Positions 12,236 through 24,955 are shown, numbered from the stretch's first letter. The stretch: 64,000 nucleotides of DNA from Octopus vulgaris (GCA_951406725.2 OX597818.1:128836001-128900000), one strand, 5' to 3'. Made by a program: numbers and translations. Notes: generated by a model from the letters alone, not told the origin.

Positions 12236-12646
12236 GGACCTTTTCGGTTTGAACAGAAGTTTTTTCTAGCGGTGTCATATGAAATTGTCACCCATAATTA
12301 CAACCCTAGTATCAATCTATTGCATTTCAATCTGTTTTAGGGTTAGGGGTGGGGGGAAGAGTATCTCTTTTTCTTCACAAATGTAAATAAACCCAATCTG
12401 TTTCTTAAACAAGGGACATATTCATACGGCACAGAATGTTTTTAACCACAATACACGTCATTGATTGGTTGAAATTGCAGAAATTGAAGAAAAAAAACAA
12501 CAAATATCTTACAAACTATAGAATTTTCTCAATAAAGTCAAGAGAAAAAGATGTTTTATAAACACATTCTACCAGTATACGAAGTTTAAAATTTTTTAGT
12601 TACCTAGAAATTATGTTAAAAACTTCCGTTCAAACCGAAAAGATCC
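12236..12646. mobile_element. Non-autonomous DNA transposon (MITE), ~28-bp TIR, 8-bp TSD; Merlin- or hAT-like
   Basis: TIRs GGACCTTTTCGGTTTGAACAGAAGTTTT / AAAACTTCCGTTCAAACCGAAAAGATCC, flanked by AAGATTTA at 12228-12235 and 12647-12654. Confidence 0.9.
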
Positions 12647-13146
12647 AAGATTTATACCATCGGCACAAAGCCAGCAATTTTGAGATAAGAGCTTTATTCT
12701 ATTACAACAACCCCATTACTCGACTGGGTACTTTATTTTAATGACTCCAAAAGCATGAAGGACTAAGTTGACTAAGTGGGATTTGAACACAGAACTTGAA
12801 AAGTAGGAAGAAATACCACAAAGCATTTTTTCCAACTCTATAACAATTCTGCTAACTCACTGCCCGTTTCAATTAATGATGGCTTAGAATAACCTACTCC
12901 AAACTTATTTTGCTTTGGGTACCTGGCGAGATTTCAGATGCCGAAAGCTTAATTTTAATCTGCACTTGACCCAGGGTTGCAACTCAGTCAAAGAGATGAG
13001 CTGTAGAAAGATATGTCACATGAGTAGCATTGTCATCCAGGAACCTCTGCAGGAGTATCAGCTGAAAGTGTTCTTGTGCATCATTAATCATGTTTTTGCA
13101 GCTGATTAATGTTCATGCATATTGATTCTCTGTAAATGTCGAAATT

Positions 13147-13183
<37 letters not shown>

Positions 13184-13591
13184 GGCGCAGGAGTGGCTGT
13201 GTGGTAAGTAGCTTGCTAACCAACCACATGGTTCCGGGTTCAATCCCACTGCGTGGCATCTTGGGCAAGTGTCTTCTGCTATAGCCCCAGGCCAACCAAT
13301 GCCTTGTGAGTGGATTTGGTAGACGGAAACTGAAAGAAGCCTGTCGTATATATGTATATATATATATGTATGTGTGTGTGTTTGTGTGTCTGTGTTTGTC
13401 CCCCTAGCATTGCTTGACAACCGATGCTGGTGTGTTTACGTCCCCGTCACTTAGCGGTTCGGCAAAAGAGACCGATAGAATAAGTACTGGGCTTACAAAG
13501 AATAAGTCCCGGGGTCGATTTGCTCGACTAAAGGCGGTACTCCAGCATGGCCGCAGTCAAATGACTGAAGCAAGTAAAAGAGTAAAAGAGT
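13184..13591 (+). mobile_element. Young SINE family A
   Basis: Full-length match, inserted next to a long A run. Confidence 0.92.
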
Positions 13592-13954
13592 AAATAATGC
13601 ATTTTAAATTGTTGTTTCTAAATTATATTCAATCATGTTTATTTACTGCTTTTCACAAACATTTCGGTGTCAGAATATAGTTTTGAGCATGTATTGTAGC
13701 TTAACCATATTCTTGAATTTCATTGTGCTGTCTATACTTCATGGCTAAGTTATATTGCTGATCAAAGTGTCCAGCTTTCATTGTCTACTGAATATAGAAT
13801 GACCAGTTTATAATTTTTACCTCTCAAGTTATCTGAATCAACTAGAGATTGAGCTTGGCACAACATTAACCAAATTCTATTGACTATTACTTTCATTGTC
13901 TCTCTCTCTATTTGTTGTTTCATTCCTGTTCATCTTCAAGTGTTATATTACCTG

Positions 13955-14290
13955 ACCATCGCATGGCTCAGTGGTTAGAGCGTCGAGCTTACGATCGTGA
14001 GGTTGTGAGCTCGAATCCCGGACCGGGCTGTGTGTTGTGTTCTTGAGCAAGGCACTTTATTTCACGTTGCTCCAGTTCACTCAACTGTAGAAATGAGTTG
14101 CGACATCACAGGTGCCAAGCTGTATCGGCCTTTGTCTTTCCCTTGGATAACACTGGTGGCGTGGAGAGGGGAGGCTGGTATGCATGGGCGACTGCTGGTC
14201 TTCCATAAACAACCTTGCCCGGACTTGTGTCTAGGAGGGTAACTTTCTAGGTGCAATCCCATGGTCATTCATGACCAAAGGGGGTCTTTT
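13955..14290 (+). mobile_element. tRNA-derived SINE (family C-related head, different 3' end)
   Basis: TGGCTCAGTGG A-box and GCTCGAATCC B-box. Its 3' part recurs inverted at about 55900-56062. Confidence 0.82.
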
Positions 14291-14694
14291 ACAGATTCTA
14301 TGTTAAACTTGTGTGAAATTGTAGCATGGTGTTCTATGTTAATTCCTTCTGTTGCACAGTTTTACTATTTTGTTGGATAGAATTATCATAGAAAAAGACC
14401 AAGGACAAAGGAAGCTATATTGCTATTTTCTCAGACAGAGCAGAGTTACTTTGCTCAAATTCCTTTTCCTATGAAACTCAGCACTACAAACCAACTGATC
14501 AGTCACCAGATTCAACAATCCTATCACCAATTATGCTCACAACAATGAAATACACCATCAATGGTACACATGTATGACTATGTGATCCTAGCCATTGACA
14601 TTTAAGAAACAAGCAAAACATAATACAGTGACAGGATGCCTTGCTTTATGTTCCCAACCTGTGATGGAATTATAGGGGTGCTATTGTTACTTAT

Positions 14695-14950
14695 GTGGAG
14701 GCACGTGGCTTAGTAGGTTAGGGTGTCAGCATCATGATCGTAAGATTGTGGTTTCGATTCCTGGACCGGGCGACGCATTGTGTTCTTGAGCAAGACACTT
14801 CATTTCACGTTGCTCCAGTCCACTCAGCTGGCAAAAATGAGTAACGCTGCAATGGACTGGCGTCCCGTCCAGCTGGGGAACACATATGCCATAGAAATCG
14901 GGAAACCGGGCCCATGAGCCTGGTTAGGCTTTAAAAGGGCGCATTTATTT
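14695..14950 (+). mobile_element. Full-length family C SINE with 13-bp TSD TATTGTTACTTAT
   Basis: tRNA head and core; direct repeat on both flanks. Confidence 0.9.
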
Positions 14951-15332
14951 TTTTATTATTGTTACTTATACTATGTCATGAGTCCCAAACTTGGTGGAGC
15001 CCAATAGCTCTCTACGCTGCTTTCTTCCAAAGAGAGAGAGAGGAATTGATTTCATTACTGGACTAATATCTTATTTACTGATCTTGAAATGATGGAAGGT
15101 GAAGTAGCTCGGTAGGTTTTGAACTCAGAATGCTGAGAGCCAGAATAAATACTGCAAAACATTCTATCAAGGTGTATGAATTTACTGTAGATTTGTTTAC
15201 AGTGGCATCAAAAATCTGTGGCTTTCTTCTATTGTTGTTATTGTTTGTGTTGCTATTATTGTAACAGTTGCTAGGTTTTATTTTGTTTGAGCTTCAAACA
15301 CAGACATTTGTCAGATTTCACATCAGATAGCA

Positions 15333-15405
15333 GCCCGGCTAGCTCAGTCGGTAGAGCACGAGACTCTTAATCTCGGGGTCGTGGGTTCGAGCCCCACGTT
15401 GGGCG
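15333..15405 (+). tRNA. tRNA-Lys(CTT), intronic in HPS5
   Basis: GCCCGGCTAGCTCAGTCGGTAGAGCACGAGACTCTTAATCTCGGGGTCGTGGGTTCGAGCCCCACGTTGGGCG: 73-nt cloverleaf, anticodon CTT, intact A and B boxes. Confidence 0.97.
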
Positions 15406-15416
15406 CATGTTATTTA

Positions 15417-15763
15417 TGGCCGATGCCAGCGCCGCCTCAACTGGCTTCCGTGTCGGTGGCACGTAAAAAGCACCATCGGAATCGTAGCCGAAGCCAGTGC
15501 CGCCACAACTGGCTTCCATAAAATGCACCAATCTGACAGTGGCCGATGCCAGCCTCACCTGGCACCAGTGCAGGTGGCACGTAAAAAGCACCCACTACAC
15601 TCACGGAGTGGTTGGCATTAGGAAGGGCATCCAGCTGTAGAAACTTTGCCAGATAAGACCGGAGCCTGGTGCAGCCCCTGGCTTCCCAGATCCCCAGTCG
15701 AACCGTCCAACCCATGCCAGCATGGAAAGCAGACGTTAAACGATGATGATGATGATGATGATG
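15417..15763 (+). mobile_element. Family B SINE directly downstream of the tRNA
   Basis: cacgtaaaaagcacc units, conserved 3' end and (GAT)n tail. Confidence 0.88.
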
Positions 15764-15950
15764 TTGCACAAAGATTTCTCTCTCTCCTTTTATACATTTC
15801 TATCATTTCATCACTGCTGTTTTTTTTAAAGGGCATTGTACATATGTATGTGTTGTGTCATTGTGTCAAGTGTGTAACATGCATATAGAAAATCTGTAGA
15901 GATTACCTTATCACATAACTCACATATACATACATGGATATATATATATA

Positions 15951-16328
15951 GGCGTAGAAGTGGCTGTGTGGTTTACCAACCACATGGTGTTCCGGGTTCA
16001 GTCCCACTGCGTGGCACCTTGGGCAAGTGGCTTCTACTATAGCCTTGAGCCGACCAAAGCCTTGTGAGTGGATTTGGTAGACGGAAACTGAAAGAAGCCC
16101 ATCGTATATATGTATATATAAATATGTGTGTATGTATATGTTTGTGTGTCTGTGTTTGTCCCCCCAACATCGCTTGACAACTGATGCTGGTGTGTTTATG
16201 TCCCCGTAACTTAGCAGTTCGGCAAAACTGACTGATAGAATAAGTCCTAGGGTCGATTTGCTCGACTAAAGGCTGTGCTCCAGCATGGCCACAGTCAAAC
16301 GACTGAAACAAGTAAAAGAGTAAAGAGT
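15951..16328 (+). mobile_element. SINE family A with small deletions
   Basis: Head, central microsatellite and tail match family A. Confidence 0.88.
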
Positions 16329-17714
16329 ATATATGGATATATATGTAAGTGAACAAACAAAAGAAATTAGCACTCAACATATTTGGCTGGAGGTACTTAT
16401 AGTCTTAATAAGTCTAACTCAGCTTCACATGACTTAAAGTTTCATGCGTATAGGATGAATCCATCTCATCATATAATAGGAGTAGAATAGGAGTTTTAAG
16501 AGGAATTCAAGATGGTTTTTAGGTGTTTAGACCTCTATTGATCAGCTCAGATAATGTGGTATTAATGCTGTCAAAATTATACCAGTTATTTGCTTTATGT
16601 TTGTCCCATGTGTTTGGACAGAACATGGGCAGGACACTGCTACCACTTTTGCAGTAGGCTGTGGTGTAATGTTTCCAACAACCTTAAGTCCTTGTATTGA
16701 GAAATGCACATTGTTGGGTGGGATTTTGGCGCAAGTTAGTCGCTCAGCCATCATTCTGTTCATATGAACAATGGCAACAGCCTGTATGTGGGAGTAAGCA
16801 AAAGGTAAATTCATTGCCGGATCACAATCAACAATGTCCTTGATGTATACACACGAGGCAAGGTGGTCATGACTGGAATCCTTTACAACAACAACAGTGT
16901 ATGTTCTTTTATTCTTGTATTTGTTTCGGTAATGAGGCCACGATGATGCTGAGGCACTACTTTGAAGGTTTTACTCAAACAGCTCAGTCCCCAGTATCTA
17001 TTTTTTTAAGGCTCTTACTTATTCTACCAGGCTCTATTTACCGAACCATGACCCATACGGGGACGTAAACCAACACTGATTGTCAAGCAATTTTGTGGGT
17101 GAACAAACACAAACACACACACACACATGTTCCCAACATGTGATGGAATTATAGGGGTGCTATTGTTACTTATGTGGAGGCACGTGGCTTAGTAGGTTAG
17201 GGTGTCAGCATCATGATCGTAAGATTGTGGTTTCGATTCATGGATCAGGCGACGCATTGTGTTCTTGAGCAAGACACTTCATTTGAGCTTTTGTTGATGT
17301 TGCATGAAGGATTTCTTTCAGTTTCCACCTACCAAATCTACTCACAAAGCTTTGATTGGCCTGGGACTATGGTAAAAGGCACTTACCCAAGGTGCTGCAC
17401 AGTGGGTCTGAACTCGGAACCATGTGGTTGGGAAGCAGACTTCTTACCACACAGCCACAGCTGCATCTATAGTATATACTTCAGCTTGAAATGATTTATT
17501 TCCAATCCACACATCTTTGTGATGCATATGCATAGGAGTGACAGTAAACTGGAAAAAACACATAAGACATTAAGGCTATAAAACTGATTTAAAGTAGAGA
17601 GCTATGAAAGAAGTATGTATAACTGTAAGCAGAACATAAAAGAACACGGTTGTATTAGAGGTGTATATTCTAAAAGAGAGTAGCATAAAACCAAATGTTA
17701 ATAGGAAAGGTAAG

Positions 17715-18055
17715 AACCATCTGAACGTGGCCGTTGCCAGCGCCGCTCTGACTGGCCTCCATGCCAGTAGCACGTAAAAAGCACCATCTGATCATGGCCG
17801 TTTGCCAGCCTTGCCTGGCCCCCGTGCCGGTGGCATGTAAAAAGCACCATCCAATCGTGGCCGTTTGCCAGCCTCGTCTGGCACCTGTGCAGGTGTCATG
17901 TAAAAAACACCCACTACACTCATGGAGTGGTTGGCATTAGGAAGGGCATCCAGCTGTAGAAACACTGCCAGATCAGACTGGGCCTGGCGCAGCCTTCAGG
18001 CTTCCCAGACCCCAGTTGAACCATCCAACCCATGCTAGCATGGAAAATGGACGTA
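17715..18055 (+). mobile_element. Family B SINE
   Basis: Three internal units plus conserved 3' end. Confidence 0.85.
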
Positions 18056-19233
18056 AGAAGAGTAGAAGTAAAAGAGTATTAAAAATACAATAAATAGAAA
18101 GAGAAAGGTAGTGAGGAACAACACATACACACACAGGGAGATTTCTCTCAAGTTATCCAGGTGAGTGAGCTTGGCACAATGTTAACCAGATTCTTTTGTC
18201 TATTACTTTCATTGTCTCTCTCTATTTGTTGTTTCACTCAAGTTGATTCAGATAACTTGAAAGGTAAAGATTATAAACAGGCTACTCTGTACATACACGT
18301 ATGCATATATATATATATATATATATATATCCACAGATGAAGTATATATATATATATATATATATATACATGTCTTTTATTCTTTTTATCTTGTTTGAGT
18401 CAGACTGCAGCCATGCTGGGGTACCACCTTGAAGAATTTTTAACCTGGTACTTATTCTGCCAGTGTCTTTTTAGCTGAACTGCTAAATTACAGGGACATA
18501 AATGCACCAACACTGGTTGTCAAGCAGTGGTGGAGACACACACGTTCACACATACATACATATTTCTGTCTACCGAATCCACTCTCAAGGCTTTGGTCTA
18601 CCCAAGGCTATAGTAGAAGACACTTGCCCAAGGTGTCATGCAGTGGGACTGAACCCGGAACCATGTGGTTGGGAAGTTCTTACCACACAGCCACACCTGC
18701 ACCTCCACACAGCCTGTTTACCAATTAATCCTCATATACAAGTCCCACTGTCAATGCCAGATATGCTATATTTATGCTAGCATGTTCACACTACTATATA
18801 TAATGTGTATATGCATGTAAATATGCATTCTTATACACACACACACACACACACACACACATTTAACTACCTTTCTCTTTCTCTCCCTTTCACTCTCCCA
18901 TCTTCTAACTCTTATATATAGATATCTTTCAGGTTGAACTGATAGTGTTTAGAGATTAAAAGTAAAAATAAATTAATATTTCAGATTTGGAAATATTTTC
19001 CCTTTAGGCAAATTAGTTTTAATGGAATAATTAACTTCAGAATAATAAAAATTCTTTTCTTTTTCTTTTTTTTTTTTTTTTTGCCCAGATCTAATGAAGA
19101 GGTGATGGAGTGATTGTGGGGATAAATTATAATGAAGATACTTTCATTACACATTTCATAAATTTATGTGTGCGTGTGATTTTGTGTATTCATAACTATC
19201 ACATAAGATATATATTTTCAGTATGCACTGAAC

Positions 19234-19267
<34 letters not shown>

Positions 19268-19964
19268 AATACATTTGTATTAATAGTTTAACTTAGAATT
19301 CCATTACTATAAGTTTCACAAACGCCAAAAGCATTTCTGATTACGTGTATACAATTTCACTGAGTAAGGTAAATCTGAGTCAGTGTTAATCCAAATATTA
19401 ACCTCCACAACATATGTTAGGTACTCTTTTCTTTTGTGTATACACTTATCTGTATGTATATGCATGTGTGTGTGTGAATATATATATATTTCTTTACTAC
19501 CCACAAGGGGCTAAACATAGAGGGGACAAACAAGGACAGACAAAGGGATTAAGTCGATTTCATTGACCCCAGTGCGAAATATATATATTATATATGTGAA
19601 TATATATATATTTCCTAGGCTTGACGCTTTGCTGTGTTCAAGAAGACTCATACTCCACAGATGAAGTTTTAAGGCCACTTACCCTGGTGAAGAAGAGTTG
19701 CCTGCAATAGTCCTATACTGGTGCCATATAAAAAGTTCTTGTGCCAGTGCCATGTAAAAGCGCTCCTGTGGTTTCACATGAAAACACCTGGTGCACTCTG
19801 TAAAGTGATTGGCATTAGGAAGGGGATCCAGTTGTTGAAAACTAACCAAATCAGACTTGGAGCTTGGTGCAGCTCCCTGGCTTGCCAGTTCTGATCAAAC
19901 CATCCATGGACAACAGATATTAAAAGGTGATGATGATGAGATGACAATTCATCTTGTGATGCAT

Positions 19965-21167
19965 GTGGACAGATCATCAGTGATGTTTCTTGGGGTAATT
20001 AGGTGTTTCAACGCCAGACGCCCTCACCCAAGTAACCTGGCCAGGCTTGATCAAATCATAACACTGCCCCTTCTAGGGCTTGCACCTCCTGATCAACTGC
20101 TGCCTTGAAGCAGCTTCTGGTGCCTCCACAGCCTACTTGATGGCCTTCATCCTATTGTCCCTTTTAATGCCAAGTATGCAATAAACACCTTAGCGGGACT
20201 GGCCTGCAAAACCTTCTACATCATACCTCGATGAGACCCCACCTTGCTTGCCAGCTATTGCACTGGCATAATTCCACTAGCTTAGTATATTTCCTCCTCT
20301 TGCTCTTGTGGTCTTCCCAGGGAATGGGGAATTCCAAGAGAACCACTTGTTTGGATGCTTCTGACATCAGCTCCATATCCAGCCTAAGTGATGTTTAGGT
20401 AACAGTTTCTGGAAACTTCAGCTGCTTCCCTGGCTTCATTACTTGCTCTGACTAATCCCATTTTGGACAGTGTCTGCTATGACCCTCAAAACCTGATCAA
20501 GAAGGCTGAGGGTGTCTTGGCATCACTTACCAAGTCCTTTGTGAGCCGTTCTCCGGCTATCTGTCTGAGGCTTTATATAGCTATGGTGCGGCCTCACCTA
20601 GAATTTGCATCACCAGTCTGGAACCCCTATCTTTCTCAGGATATTAATCATCTGGAAACCGTTCAGTGATGTTCAACCAAGAGAATACCTTCCATCAGGC
20701 ATTTGCCATATTCTAAATGCCTTACTTCCCTGGGCATGGATACATTGAAACTCCAACGTCTGGCAGCTGACTTGGCAGACACCCATAAAATTATTAACCA
20801 TCTTACTAACAATAACTCTGAGCACCTTTTCAAACTCCACCTGTCTAACACGCATGGACATATTTACAAAGTCAGAAAACAGCACAGCTCCCATGACTTT
20901 CGGAAACATTTTTTCATGCTGAGAGTTGCTGAAGCATGGAACAAACTGCCAGCATCAGCTGTTAGTTACCGGAGCACTGAATCCTTCAAAACTTCCATGC
21001 TTCCTGAGATTCACCAACACTACACCTGACTTTCTCCCCTCCATACACACACAAGCATGTATCTGACTCATACACTGTTCACTTCCCAGACATTTGTACA
21101 TTACTGCATATGCTTTATACGCACTTTTGACAAGTTGTGGTGCACCTGAGCACTATATACAATAGTT

Positions 21168-21205
<38 letters not shown>

Positions 21206-21340
21206 CTTCTAGTGGTAGCATCCCTCCCCCAGGACTGAGAATATGCTCTAGGGTTGCTCTCCTTGCACACAGGGGGGAATATGTCAACTCCAACTTTTCC
21301 CAGCCAAATAAGTTGAATGAGCTTCATAGGACATCATAAA
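19965..21340 (-). mobile_element. HERO/NeSL-type (restriction-like endonuclease) LINE 3' fragment, split by a CR1 insertion
   Basis: Minus pieces YDVL*SSFNLFGW..PLCARRATLEHILS (21340-21204) and GKQLKFPETV..TSLRLDMELMSEASKQVVLLEFPIPWED..IEV (20430-20200), then a UTR ending catcactgatgatctgtcc. Confidence 0.75.
20465..21203 (+). mobile_element. CR1-clade LINE, 5'-truncated, with (ATT)n tail
   Basis: LYIAMVRPHLEFASPVWNPY..INHLETVQ and FFMLRVAEAWNKLP motifs, 3' UTR, (TTA)n at 21171-21203. Confidence 0.92.
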
Positions 21341-21548
21341 CAGAGAGAGAGAGAGTTTAAAAATTTGATAAATTTTGAGAAAGAATGTGTGGCATTTTGT
21401 TTTAGAAAGAAATTTTATTGTGGTCTAAACATGCAAGAGAAAGACATGGGGAAGAGAATGTCTTTTTACTACATTTGTTTTCACTTTTAATATGTTTTCC
21501 TTTCAATCAAACCTTATTAAAGATCCTGAATTTATTTTCATTCCACAG

Positions 21549-21625
21549 TGCTTGTCCCTGCTGTCATGTCACCCTATCAGCTGTTATTTCACACATGGAA
21601 TCTGGCATTGTGATATTTGAATGTG
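21549..21625 (+). CDS. HPS5: HPS5 exon, first half of RING-H2: (T)ACPCCHVTLSAVISHMESGIVIFEC(G)
   Basis: ttccacag|T acceptor, G|gtaagt donor, CxxC...CG motif. Confidence 0.87.
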
Positions 21626-21997
21626 GTAAGTTAGTCTAAATTCTTTTTCTCTCTGCATTTATTAATTACAGGCAGTTATTATCTAGTTTGGAAAGGTCTA
21701 CAAATTTACCTATTAGCACATGTATTGTTGGGGTAGCTTATTTGTTTGTTTACTTCTCAGCAGGATGCTATTAGTCACAACACATTTATGAGGCAACCTC
21801 TTTGTGGTTGCTTAGTGTGCATGGGTTTAACAAGTGCTTATTACCCTCAGATGCCTTCCTTGTTGCTCACCTGTACCTACCAATGGCTTATGTACATGCA
21901 CTTAATTACTTAAAAAAAAGGTACACACACTTAATTACATAAATAGTCTACATTAAAATACAAGTCCAAAACTGAAGAGAGCACAAACATGAGCATA

Positions 21998-22397
21998 GGT
22001 GCAGGCATTGATGTGTGGTAAGAAGCCTACTTCCCAAATGCATGATTCCAGGTACAGTCCCACTGCATGGCACCTTGGGCACTATAGCCTCAGGTCGACC
22101 AAAGTCTCATGAGTGGATTTGGTAGAGAGAAACTGAAAGAAGCCTATCGTATATATATATATGTATATGTGTGTGTGTGTGTGTGTATCTTTGTGTCTGT
22201 TTTTACCCCACCACCAATTGACAACTGATGTTGGTGTGTTTACATCCCCATAACTTAGCAGTTTGGCAAAAGAGACCGATAAAATAAGTAGTAGGCTTTA
22301 AAAAAAAGTAAGTCCTGAGGTCGATTTCTTTGACTAAAACACTTCAAGGTGATGCTCCAGCATGGCTGTAGTCAAATGACTGAAACAAGTAAAAGAA
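21998..22397 (+). mobile_element. Older family A-related SINE
   Basis: Diverged head, centre and tail of family A. Confidence 0.8.
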
Positions 22398-23064
22398 AAA
22401 TGGAAAAATAAAAAGAAAAGAAAAGAAGAGAAAAGAGAGAAAAACCACATCAATTCAACACAAAGTGCATTCATCGGTTGCACACCACGAGGTTTGCCTA
22501 CCTGTTTTTCAAATAAAGGAGTTTTCTTTAAAGTACAAAGCTAGTGGATAATTTGTAGACAGGGAAATGCTTACAAACTTCGTCATCTGTAGCTCAACTT
22601 AGTTCAGAATTTAAGCATTTACACCACCAGCATACATACATACATACACCATACACATACCATCATCATTTAACATCCATTCTCCATGCTGGCATGGGTT
22701 GGATAGTTTGACCAGAGCTGGCAAGCTGAGGGGCTGCACCAGACTCCAGTCTGATTTTGCTTGGATTCTACAGTTGGATGCCCTTCTTAATGCCAACCAC
22801 TTTACAGAGAGAGCTGGGTGCTTTTACATGGTGTCACACGGGCACATTTTATGTGGCACCACATGGGCGCTTTATGTGTCACTGCAGAGGCACTTTTATG
22901 TATATGTATATCTATATGTAGGACAGGCTTTGTAGAATTTCTGTTAACCAAATTCTCTCACATGGCATAATTTGTACTGAATAAGCTGTTTTAATAGAAT
23001 AAATGTATTATCATTTACATAATTACATACCATACACAATAAATTAATTAAAATATATTGCTAA

Positions 23065-23425
23065 GAGCACCATCCGAGCGTGATCATTGCCAGCATTGCC
23101 TTACTGGCACTTGTGCCAGTGGCACATGAAAAAACATTCAAGCGAGGTCGTTGCCAGTGCTGCTGGACTGGCTCCTGTGCAGGTGGCACGTAAAAAATGC
23201 CATTTGAGTGTGGCCGTTGCCAGGACCACCTGACTGGCCCTCGTGCCGGTGGCACGTAAAAGCACCCACTACACTCTCGGAGTGTTTGGCGTTAGGAAGG
23301 GCATCCAGCTGTAGAAACTCTGCCAGATCAGATTGGAGCCCGGTGCAGCCATCTGGTTTGCCAGTCCTCAGTCAAATCGTCCAACCCATGCTAGCATGGA
23401 AAGCAGACATTAAACTATGATGATG
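23065..23425 (+). mobile_element. Family B SINE
   Basis: Internal units plus conserved 3' end. Confidence 0.82.
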
Positions 23426-23910
23426 GTGTTACCCATATCATCAAGATAAGAAATCATTTTTAGTCAATTCATATATGGAAGGGTCAAGGTTCTCATACCA
23501 AGTCTTAGTCAGCAAGCTCACTTCATGGAAAAAAACCCAAAAAAACTATAGGGTTGCCCTCTTCGAAAATACAAGGACCAACTCAAAACAACACTGAAAG
23601 CCTCTGGACTTGAGCTTAAATTGCTTGAAACACATGCTTGAGACCATACCAGGTAGTGGTGTACCATAAGAACCAAAAACAGTCAATGCCATCAAGTTTT
23701 CTATGCAAGAATCATCAATGCTGTCACCATAAAAGAAGCATTCAGCAAAGAAGAAACTAAATTCTCGGTTATGAGATTTTTAAAGCCTCCACCACCAATA
23801 TACATGCAAGTTTATTCGTCTAGGATTCAGTGCATTGTAATAACATATTGGAGTTTAACCATGTGTTATCAATTGATCTCTGAAATACTGTGGATATATT
23901 TTATGATGTT

Positions 23911-24303
23911 GTGGCTGTGTGGTAAGTAGCTTGCTAACCAACCACATGGTTCCGGGTTCAGTCCCACTGCGTGGCATCTTGGGCAAGTGTCTTCTGCTAT
24001 AGCCCCGGACCGACCAATGCCTTGTGAGTGGATTTGGTAGACGGAAACTGAAAGAAGCCTGTCGTATATATGTACATATATATATGTATGTGTGTTTCTT
24101 TGTGTGTCTGTGTTTGTCCCCCTAGCATTGCTTGACAACCGATGTCCCCGTTACTTAGCGGTTCTGCAAAAGAGACCGATAGAATAAGTACTGGGCTTAC
24201 AAAAAGAATAAGTCCTGGGGTCGAGTTGCTCGATTAAAGGTGGTGCTCCAGCATGGCCGCAGTCAAATGACTGAAACAAGTAAAAGAGTAAAAGAGTAAA
24301 GAG
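23911..24303 (+). mobile_element. Young SINE family A, 80 bp upstream of the last HPS5 exon
   Basis: Match to family A, slightly 5'-truncated. Confidence 0.92.
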
Positions 24304-24382
24304 AGAGAGTTCGTGAAAATATTACTAATGACTTACCAAATGTTCTTTTTTTTTTATTATTTGAATTTGTTTTTATTTCTAG

Positions 24383-24450
24383 GTCATGCCTACCACCGTT
24401 TCTGTGTAGGACCAAAGAAGATGTGTGTACTTTGTCCATCTATCATGTGA
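24383..24450 (+). CDS. HPS5: HPS5 last coding exon: (G)HAYHRFCVGPKKMCVLCPSIM*
   Basis: tttatttctag|GT acceptor. Completes C-x-H-x2-H-x2-C...C-x2-C (RING-H2). TGA at 24448-24450. Confidence 0.87.
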
Positions 24451-24955
24451 ATACCAATGAATACAGTTCAAAGAAGTAGAGATGAAAGGGACATTTGCAA
24501 AGAACAAAAAAAAAAGCACCAAAAAAAACCCTCCTTCCAAATGGAATTGTTTAAGCATGACTAATTTGGAGGAAATATGAAGGGTGATAACTAAGGGAAG
24601 GGGTGGAGTAACAAAGAAGCAAAAATACCATTGCTGAGAATTATAATCATTGAAATTTAAAAAAATTAAATTCTCATTCCATAAGAACTATGGTATTTAA
24701 CCAGCAGTTGAATTTATGAAGGAAATAAGACTAAATAATAATAATAATAATAATGGTAGGATAGAAAAGAACAGAAGAGAGGAAAAGCATGAAAAATAAC
24801 CAAATGTTTGTGTGTAGATTTGGGTGTGAATTCCATGTCAATGGTTTTCAATGGTTTCATACTGACTGCCCTTCACTGAACACTGAAGTTTTTCACATGA
24901 ATGAGGTTTGTATGAAACCAATGTTGTTTTAGTACCCTACACGCACACAGTTACA

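Noticed and set aside
13955-14030. tRNA-like sequences at SINE heads, also at 14697 and 61449
   Set aside because: A/B boxes are present but there is no complete acceptor stem, and they run into SINE bodies.
16510-16860. Non-repetitive-looking block with a 90-aa minus ORF
   Set aside because: No splice context or recognisable domain. Another frame faintly resembles a LINE endonuclease linker (KANNWYNF), too weak to call.
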